Source of the DNA: a virus | Virus record (IMG/VR): IMGVR_UViG_3300023179_000044 | Location: 1-64,000 of that record | Direction: 5' to 3' (one strand) | DNA length: 64,000 nt | Shown here: in pieces, positions 51,105 through 59,600 of the stretch | How the letters are laid out: each line of letters opens with the position of its first letter | Numbering within the stretch: position 1 is the stretch's first letter | The notes under the pieces: generated by a model | Database searches by the model: none | What the model was told of the DNA's origin: nothing | Seen by the model: only the letters and a program-made list of their open reading frames with translations | Program-made: the position numbers and the translations under genes

Positions 51105-51121
51105 CTACTAGTAATTTTACC
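51105..51121 (-). promoter_or_regulatory. putative late promoter GGTAAAATTACTAGTAG (giant helicase gene)
   Basis: Near-identical to the motif upstream of the capsid gene. Confidence 0.65.
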
Positions 51122-51147
51122 GTTATTTAGCTGGTATGATTTGGGAA

Positions 51148-51963
51148 TTATAGATTATCTAAATCTTTTATGGAATTTAAAGTACTTAGAAAAGTATTCC
51201 AATTTGCAATCTGAGCATACCTAGGGCTATCAACAAAATCTCTAGTTAAAAAATCATTAGAATCTTCTACCCAGTCAGGATGATCATTCAGTTCTTGTAG
51301 CACTTCGTTAGCACTAGCACCGCCATCAATCATTCGAGATAGCTGGCCAGATACATCATATTTAGCTAGTTTTTCTTTAGCTATTTCTTTAAAATCTACG
51401 GCCACTTCAGGGTCCTCCAATTTATTAAGAGAATCTATAAATTCATTTAGTTTAAATGCTGAAAGCCTATCTTCCATATCTGAGTCATCGCTCAATCCCC
51501 GAGATGCTTCAGAAAGACCATTATAAGCAGAAAGAGAATTTAAATATTCCATAATGCTATCTTTTGTATAGCCCTGATTAATTCTATATTCTAGCTCTCC
51601 ACTAGGATCTAGAAGATTACTTTCACCACTATTTAGACTAAATAAGTCAAGTTTAGACAAAAGATCAAGTCTAGACTTGTTATACGCATCCATAGCTACG
51701 TTTTTAAAGTTTTCTTCATTTCCAGTAGTTGCAGCATTATACATATCATCTGAAATAACACCAGCGGAAACTAACGCAGACAGACGAGTTTTTGTATGAG
51801 CATACTCAACGCTAGATGGATCGTAACGAAAAACTCTATAAATTAAATTAGATTCTCTAGGATCTAGTGACTCAAGTTCTGCTAATAGTTTTTCAGTGGC
51901 GGCTTTTCCATAAATATACTTAGATTTATTAAAAAACTCATCTTTAAATTCATTATCTGACAT
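51148..51963 (-). CDS. acidic helical protein with repeated D(P/V)SG module
   Basis: TAATG-coupled, RBS AAGGAG. Shares a ~40-aa module with the 2,593-aa protein. Confidence 0.75.
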   Translation of the reverse strand: MSDNEFKDEFFNKSKYIYGKAATEKLLAELESLDPRESNLIYRVFRYDPSSVEYAHTKTRLSALVSAGVISDDMYNAATTGNEENFKNVAMDAYNKSRLDLLSKLDLFSLNSGESNLLDPSGELEYRINQGYTKDSIMEYLNSLSAYNGLSEASRGLSDDSDMEDRLSAFKLNEFIDSLNKLEDPEVAVDFKEIAKEKLAKYDVSGQLSRMIDGGASANEVLQELNDHPDWVEDSNDFLTRDFVDSPRYAQIANWNTFLSTLNSIKDLDNL

Positions 51964-53210
51964 TAAATCTCCTTAGGAAGAAGGTCTGCATCCTGGCTAT
52001 CGTCAAGATAAACAGCCAAACGCTTTGCTCTGTTGAATGGATTTTCTCCCATTGTTTCAGCTCTGAGCCAAGCAGCCTTTAGTGCCGGAATAATCTCATA
52101 ACTAGCATCTGAATATTCAGCTAAAGCAAAGATTGCTTGTTCTTTATTAGTATACTCTGTTTCCGATAATAGTGTTACCGTCAACTCTCCAGAGTAGTCG
52201 TATTCATAAACTGTAGTTTGATCTTCAGGAGTTAAAGTAGGTTGATCTCCGGAAGCTCTAACTGATTTCTTTGATGATTTTGGATGTGATGGTGGAAGTA
52301 AATCATTATCAGTAGTGTATTTACTATTCTTTGGTGAACCAGATTTGAGCAAGTGTAAAAACGCATTTACACGAGCCATAGCCCATGAGTTGCGGTTTTG
52401 ATCTGGACGATGGGAAGAAGAAAAGGCTCCAGCACCACGGCGATAAACAGCTTTAACCATGGAAAGAGAAGCTTTTCTGTTTGACGTTTTATTAAATTCT
52501 TCTACTTTAGATTTTAAAGACTCTTCTACTTTTTTAGAAAAAGTAATTGACTTTGAGCCAGAAGCCGATCCTTCAGAATTTTTATCAGAACCTTTTATTT
52601 GGTCTTTTTTTGGAGCTGGTTTAGAGCCTGCAGTTGCAGTTACAGCTTCTTCTTTTTCTTTTGTAATTGGGCCCCCAACAACCCAGGCATTACAAGTTCT
52701 TGAAGCTGCACACTTAAAGTCAAATGCTTCACAGTAGCCAAGCTCAGCTGTATCTATAGCATCCCATGCATTCTGCTCACCAGAATCTCCAGCTGCTAAG
52801 CCACCTTCAATACAGTTAAGCATTTTTGGAGTACGAATAAACATAACACAGTTGCCGCAAACACTTTTTCTGGCTTCATCGCTAGATACATCCCATCTTT
52901 GAGCTTTAGACGCCCAGAAATCATCGTTAGGTTCTTTAGGATTTAAAGGTCCGTATTCAGCAGTTTTAATGGCTTTTTCTCTATTTGCAAGATTTATAGC
53001 AATATCTTGAGTAGCAGGGGGGCAATTATCATCGGATTCAACAGCCGCTGTTACAGGGGTTTTAACTTCAGTTTCTTGCTTTTTAGTAATATCAGAAAGT
53101 CTAATCCACTTACCATCTCTGTATACCTTCATCCCCTCAATATCAGACATACGTTCGCCGATAGAACTTCTTTTATCGTCGTTAGTTTTTTCAGTAATTT
53201 CTTCAGCCAT
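51963..53210 (-). CDS. modular head-region protein (Cys-rich HiPIP-like module + AVYRRG/WAMARVN module)
   Basis: Start moved to ATG 53210 (TATAAT 6 nt upstream). CPPATQD...CGNC..F...GYC...C....TC.AW and VKAVYRRGAGA...WAMARVNAFL. Confidence 0.75.
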   Translation of the reverse strand: MAEEITEKTNDDKRSSIGERMSDIEGMKVYRDGKWIRLSDITKKQETEVKTPVTAAVESDDNCPPATQDIAINLANREKAIKTAEYGPLNPKEPNDDFWASKAQRWDVSSDEARKSVCGNCVMFIRTPKMLNCIEGGLAAGDSGEQNAWDAIDTAELGYCEAFDFKCAASRTCNAWVVGGPITKEKEEAVTATAGSKPAPKKDQIKGSDKNSEGSASGSKSITFSKKVEESLKSKVEEFNKTSNRKASLSMVKAVYRRGAGAFSSSHRPDQNRNSWAMARVNAFLHLLKSGSPKNSKYTTDNDLLPPSHPKSSKKSVRASGDQPTLTPEDQTTVYEYDYSGELTVTLLSETEYTNKEQAIFALAEYSDASYEIIPALKAAWLRAETMGENPFNRAKRLAVYLDDSQDADLLPKEI

Positions 53211-53217
53211 TTTCTTA

Positions 53218-53424
53218 TTATACCTTATCGTCAGATTTTGGAATATAAACAGCTTCCCAATAGCCACGAGCTAGAATACTACCTAAAAACTGAGTATCAA
53301 ATTCTTCGCCATCAGCATTTTTAATATGAGCAAGATATTCTCCATTTTTATCTTTGCCATCATAAATCACTAATGAACCACTTTCTCTTTTATAGAGAAC
53401 AGTTCCTTTTTTAACTTCTTCCAT
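53218..53424 (-). CDS. small beta-rich protein (SILARGYWE motif), candidate immunity protein
   Basis: RBS AAGGA before ATG 53424. Second small gene behind the giant ART gene. Confidence 0.65.
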   Translation of the reverse strand: MEEVKKGTVLYKRESGSLVIYDGKDKNGEYLAHIKNADGEEFDTQFLGSILARGYWEAVYIPKSDDKV

Positions 53425-53435
53425 ATTATTTTCCT

Positions 53436-53648
53436 TTACCATCTATATCCGTCAGCTAAACTTTTATAGAAATTATCCTCTAATTCTATGTATTTATCTC
53501 CCGTGTAGTCTTCTACTTCAGAAGCAGCACCATTAAGAAGAACATTTTTATAAATAGGCATTTTAGTTTCAGTTATCCACAAATCGGGTGTAACTTCTCC
53601 TAGTAGTAGACCGGACTCATGTTTTTTAGTCATTTTTATTTTAATCAA
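53436..53648 (-). CDS. small acidic protein, candidate immunity protein
   Basis: ATGA overlap with the stop codon of the giant gene. Confidence 0.65.
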   Translation of the reverse strand: MIKIKMTKKHESGLLLGEVTPDLWITETKMPIYKNVLLNGAASEVEDYTGDKYIELEDNFYKSLADGYRW

Positions 53649-56600
53649 AATAGCCCTCCTCCAAAGGATCTAGGTTTAGAATATGGTTTTTTACTAGAGA
53701 ACTCCCATATTATACCCTTACTAGTCAACAAGTCAATCATTTCAACTGAAGGCATTTCATAAAATACAACTTTTTCAATGTCATCTAGTGTCACACCGCC
53801 ATGAATCTGGGCCTCAATTGAACCAAATTTAGCAAAATTTTCACTTTCAAAGAAGTTTTTCCCGGTAGCTTCTCTATAAATAGCAGCCATCTGAGTCAAA
53901 TAACTCAATTTAAATTCTGGATCAGTCAATGGAGTAGTTTCATCAAAGTTATTCAAAGAGTCTCTATCAGAAATGGTGGTTCTTTTCTTTACTTCTGGCT
54001 TCAGCACTACCTGGGCAGGCTCGGATCCTCCATAAATTTTTAAAGCATCTTCTGGTGGTGGTAGTGTAGCTGAAGCAAGCGATCCATATACTGGACGCCC
54101 TTCCAGTGGAGAGTCTCCCTCATAGCCAAAAGCCATGCTTTCATATAAAACACGTAAAGCACGATACTCCTCATTAGAGACTCCAGCCATAGAGCGTTTA
54201 GTCTCGTGTACTGTCTTTATTCGTCCTTCTTCTAGAACTTTTTCTAGAGCACGAGATGGCATAATAACTGATACAGCACCAGATTCAGAAAATTCTTTTA
54301 GATCTTTATTTGTAATTTCTACAGATTGTTCTGGATCAACCGTAACATCATAAACCTGACTATTTACTTCATCATCCGCATAGTCTGGAGTTGTTATGGC
54401 AAACTGATCTAGGTCTTCTTTACTTATTCTTGGACGTTGTCTAGTTAAACCTCGTTCTAAAAGTGCATAAGCTATAGTTGAACCATCAAAATTATTAGTT
54501 TTAGATGTCAATGCTTCCATTATGTCTCTGTAAAGTGGATTACTATGCGCTGCTATTAAAGCTTCAGTATATTTTTGATCGTTATCCATTTTGTCTTTAT
54601 AAAGATTTTTTATTCTTAACAATTCTTTTTCTTCATCTGTGTCGGGGCTATCTTTTTTAAATTGTATAGCTGACCTAATATATTCGTAAGTTTCTCTACC
54701 TTCTGGAGTTCTGTCAGTGTCCCAGGGGAGAGACAAATCCCTACCAAGTTCAGTTGCAATTTCTTTATAAGCTTTGTCGCTAGCATTGTGTTTTGCATCA
54801 TCAAGATTAGAAATAACCGAGCTTAGTTCTTGCCTAGCGTCGTCCGATAGTCGTGTTCCAGTTATATCTGTTCTATTTTTATTTTCTTGGTTCGGGTTTT
54901 TATTTTTATTTTTATATTCACTAGAAAACATGATAGGAATAGATATTCCAGCTTTATCTAACTCTTTTTGTATTCTTGCTTTTTCGGCTTCCATATCTGC
55001 TTTAGAACTATTTCTATCATCGAGAATAATAGTTTCTATTTCATCACTAGAAATTCCACCGTGAATCTGAGCTTCGGTGTAGCTGGGATGGTAAGCACCA
55101 TTTCCGTAATCAAGGTTATTTTCAACTTGCGGTAAATAGCCAATAATACCTGCAGCATATAAAGAATCAGGATCAATTTTTTCTCCAAGTGGGATAGCTT
55201 GGAAAGCCCTATCAAACGAATCGTTCATCGTGGCTGTAGATCTATCTCTGACTGATTTTTTAAGAATAAGCTTTACATCTCCGTAGCCAAAAGTTGGACT
55301 AGAGTCTATATCATTGAATCGATTACTAGTTCCAAATAGTCTTTTTGGAGCATCATCAGTTGGATAAACTAAATAGCCATAAATAGGTCTATTTTTTGGA
55401 TCTAAATCAATTGGAAGACCCATTAAAGCACGTTCGACCACCGTTCTTTTAGAATTGTCAAACAATCCATTAGAAAATTGAGTCTCAAACTGAGTTTTAA
55501 TTCTTTTATCTTCTAAAATTTTAGCAAAAGTTTTTTCATCTACCGCGACTACAATTTCGGCGTTATCTAATTTATCAGCAATTAAACTTAAATTACTGTC
55601 TATGAGATCAATACCCGAAACAATCTTAGGAAGATTATTTTCAGATACTTCATTTTTCATCTCTTTATACATCTCTAAAAGTAGCATGGTATTTTCATGC
55701 ATTGCATAATTATTAAGTTGCTCTTTTATTGCATCAAATTCAATAGGAGAAAGTTTATCTTTATATATTTTATTAAATTCTTTTATATCAAAATATATAA
55801 ATCTATCTTTATTTCTTTTAATCCAATCTTGAGCAAAATCTATGGCTTCTTGTGAATGACCATATGAAGTACGGTCAAGATAATCAACAGTCAAAACAGT
55901 GGACATTACTTGACCCGTAATATCTTCAGATTTATTTGGTATAGGGTCCCCATCAGAGTCTGGCTCAGTCAATTTCTTTATAAACTTTTTATCTGGATCT
56001 ATGTATTCTTTAATAGAATCCATTGCAGAATAGTTTTTAAGTAAAGATATAATTTCTTCTTGAGTAGATGGAATAGCTACTTTTGGTTTTTGTTGTTCTT
56101 CAAGTTCATCAAGGCTTGGCCTTTCGCGAGTGACCTGAACTACTTCTACAGGAATAGAAATTCCATAATTTTTCATAAGATCTTCAATATTTTTAGCAAC
56201 CTCTAGAAGAGCCTCTTTATCATTATCACTGTAAGCAGGTATAACAAATTTTTCAATATCATCTAAAGAAACACCACCATGAATCTGAGCCTCAAGATAG
56301 TTTGATCCAAAATCTCCAAGAGTACTTGGCGGTATTTCTAACACTCCAGATTTTAAAACAGAGTCTCTGTCAACTTTAGTCAAATCTGATGCCACGAACT
56401 CGGCTGAAAGACTATCCTTAGCTGTAAATCTTGTTCTATTTTTTATTGATGATTTAAGTACTACCCTAACATTTCCGTATTGATATAAATTAGGACTTTC
56501 TAGTCTATAGTCCGTTGAGAATGGATTTAGATTACGATACAATTCTGGAGTACTCTCTAGTCCTAGATATCCATAAATAGGTCTAAGACTGTCATCAATG

Positions 56601-59600
56601 TCTATAGGAACACCGTTTACACTGAATTCTGAAATTGCTCTTTTAATTGGATCATAAAGGCCCCTACTTTTAGCAGTTTCAAATTGAGATTTTATTCTTC
56701 CATCTTTAAATAAATTTTCAATAAACTTTTCATCGATAGCAATAGTAACAGAAGCATTTTTTATAGCATTAGATAAATCTTCAGCTGCATCCATCATTTT
56801 TCTTACAGATTTAGCATCTTCACTTTGTCCAGGAAAAGCTTTTTCATATTCAAGAAACATCTCATCAACGGCTTTTTTATTTACATAATCTTGATAAGTT
56901 GTTATTGCATTATAAATAGCATCTTTTTTCCACATAAAGTCATTAGAGGTTCTTTCATCAATACTTTCAGCGGCAGCAAATAGTTTTTCTTTTAATTTTT
57001 TTCTATTTATATATAAAAATTTTTCTTTATTTTTTTCAAACCACTCTTTAGCAAAATCAAATACCGTCTGATCTGGCTCTTTATATCCTTCATTTACTTT
57101 TAATGCTTCATCTCTGTCTTTTAATCTTTTTAATATGCTATATGGGTCATAATAAAATGTTGGATCATCTGGATCACTAGCATCATCATATGCTTTTTTA
57201 TCGGTAAAAATAATTGACTTATCCGACAGATATTTTTCTAGCTCGTCCTCTATGGAATAAGGAATGGCAGAAGCATTAATTTCATTAGAAGTAAAGTCTT
57301 CTTTTTTAACTGGTTCTTTAGGACGTTTATATATTTTGTCATACTCTTCAATATCGGCATTAATTTTGTCTGATAATTCTTTTATAGTATTAGAATCAAT
57401 TTTTTGATCTTCTCTATTAATGAGCTCATCTAAAAGATCCTCGGTAGGCTTGCTAAGTCTAGCATCCTTAAAATATTTGTATACATCATCACGTTCTTGT
57501 GGGCTAGCAAAGGTGACGTCAGTTACACCGTCCGACTTATACTGCTCTTCAGGCCACTCAGGTAAGAATTGCTTTTTTCCATACTTTACCCTGATTCTTA
57601 GGGTTCCGTCAGCATCTTCAAAAACTTCAGAAACTGTAAACTTGGCAGCTATAGGGAGAATAACTTCTTTTTCTCTGTCATAAACAGTTCCGTCTGGCTC
57701 GATAGGGGAGCCTGTAGCACCTTTTTCTGTTTTAATTTCAAAAATAACCGCTGAATTAGTATTTGAATCTTTATTATTTTGATCTAGAATTGCAAAGCCC
57801 TCGGCCACTTCAGGGTCTAGTGAGGTCGAAGTAAAAATATCACTAGATATAACTTCATCCCCTGGCTTTAGCTGCATCAACTGAGCACGTAATTCAGAGT
57901 CTCTTCGGGCTATAGTTCCTCTATAGAGTTTTGTTCCTTCTGGAATTTCTTCAGATTCAGTTAGCTTTTTTAAATTAGAAACTAATTTATTAACACTCTC
58001 GGAAGTATCGGAATCAAACTCTTCACCTTTTATAAAATCTTTTATTAATAAATACTGACCTTTTTGATAACCAGTGATTGCTTCTTTTTCTTCATTTGTT
58101 CTATCTGGAGTTGGAAGTTGATCTATGCCACCCATATCAGGAGATTCGGGCTGGATCTGCCATATAGGATCGCCATCAGGAGGGCCAAAACCAGCTGGAA
58201 TACGAGCAAATGATGTAAAGAATATAGGATTTAATACAGTATTTTCATCGTATCGACCACTCGACTCTGAGATTTTAATTCTAATAGGAGTTGGTCGGCC
58301 ACCGTTATCTCTTGCAGCAATAAGTTTTACTACGTCATCGCTATTATTTAAAGAATATTTTTCAGTATTTGGATTATAAAGTATTTCAATTGGCTCCCTA
58401 AATCCATTATCCTTAATATCTTTAGCGACTTCACTAGCTTTAGTTTTATTTTCCCCAGTGACAAGACCGAAATCAGCATTATCTACTTTAGAAAGCACAT
58501 CTCCTGGACGTACATATCCAACAGTGCCGAGGTTTCCTCCATTAAGAATTCCAAATGGAGCACGTTTTGTTCCTGGTTTTAAATCTATATTTAAGTTAGG
58601 ATCTTCTTGCTTAGAGTACTCGGATGTTTTTTGTCTTACTGCATCTAAGTATGGCTCATTAAGTGTTACTTTTCTGTATAAACCATATTTATGTAAAAGA
58701 CTTTGTAAAGTCTCTAACCCCTCATCAGAGTTACCATATTCATTAATTAAATTAATAGCTTGAGTGTCATATATTTCACCTCTAAGCGAAGCTTTTATAT
58801 CACGAAGTTTTTGTCTACCCCAAATACTTAGATTTGATAATTTTTCTGAAGAATTTTCTTTTTTAACTGTTGTATTTGTATTTTTATATTTTAGTTTGAT
58901 TGTTAAATTACTATTAGAATCCTTTTCTACACCGATAACTTCTAGCTGCGCTCCAATTGGTAAAACCACCTCTTTTTCTAAATCATACATATCCCCACTG
59001 GCTCCCACTACAGCACCAGTTGCACCATTTTCTGTTGTAATATCAAATACTATTCTTTTTGTTGGAGCAACTCTTTGATCACCAAGAGCAGCGAAATCTA
59101 TAGCAACACTTTTATCTCTTGTAGTAGAAGTAAATGTATTATCTGACGATACAATATCGCCAGGTTGTAGTTGGTTAAATTGAGCGTACTTATCACTAGA
59201 AAATACGGCAAAAGTTCCTCTATAGAGTTTTGTTCCTTCTGGAAGCTCTTCTGAAGTAGTTACTTTTTTTAGATGCGGTATTGCTTTATCAAATTTTGCT
59301 TTTTGTTCTTCAGTAATAGTCCCATTAGTTGGATCTGCCATATATTTTGCTAAACGATAATATGAAGGACTTTGATAAAGTTCTATACTTTCATTTTCTT
59401 CATCAGTTCTAGGTGGTATTGGTAAATCAAATTCGTCATTAGCTGTTTCTGGAGTTTTCTCTTCTGATTCTGGATATTTATTTAAAATAAACTCGCGACG
59501 AGCTTTTAGTTTTTCTTTAAGTTCTTTATTATCAGCTGGGTCAGAAATAAACTTATCAACAAGTTCATCTATTTTTTCTGGAGTAATAGCGCGAAGCTTT

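Noticed and set aside
47350-58850. EKLS(S/N) linker motif in both giant proteins as a second processing signal
   Set aside because: Only two occurrences of a common low-complexity tetrapeptide; not supportable.
57914-59244. 32-nt repeat as a diversity-generating retroelement TR/VR pair
   Set aside because: No reverse transcriptase in the window, no adenine-specific mismatches, and the repeat is too short.
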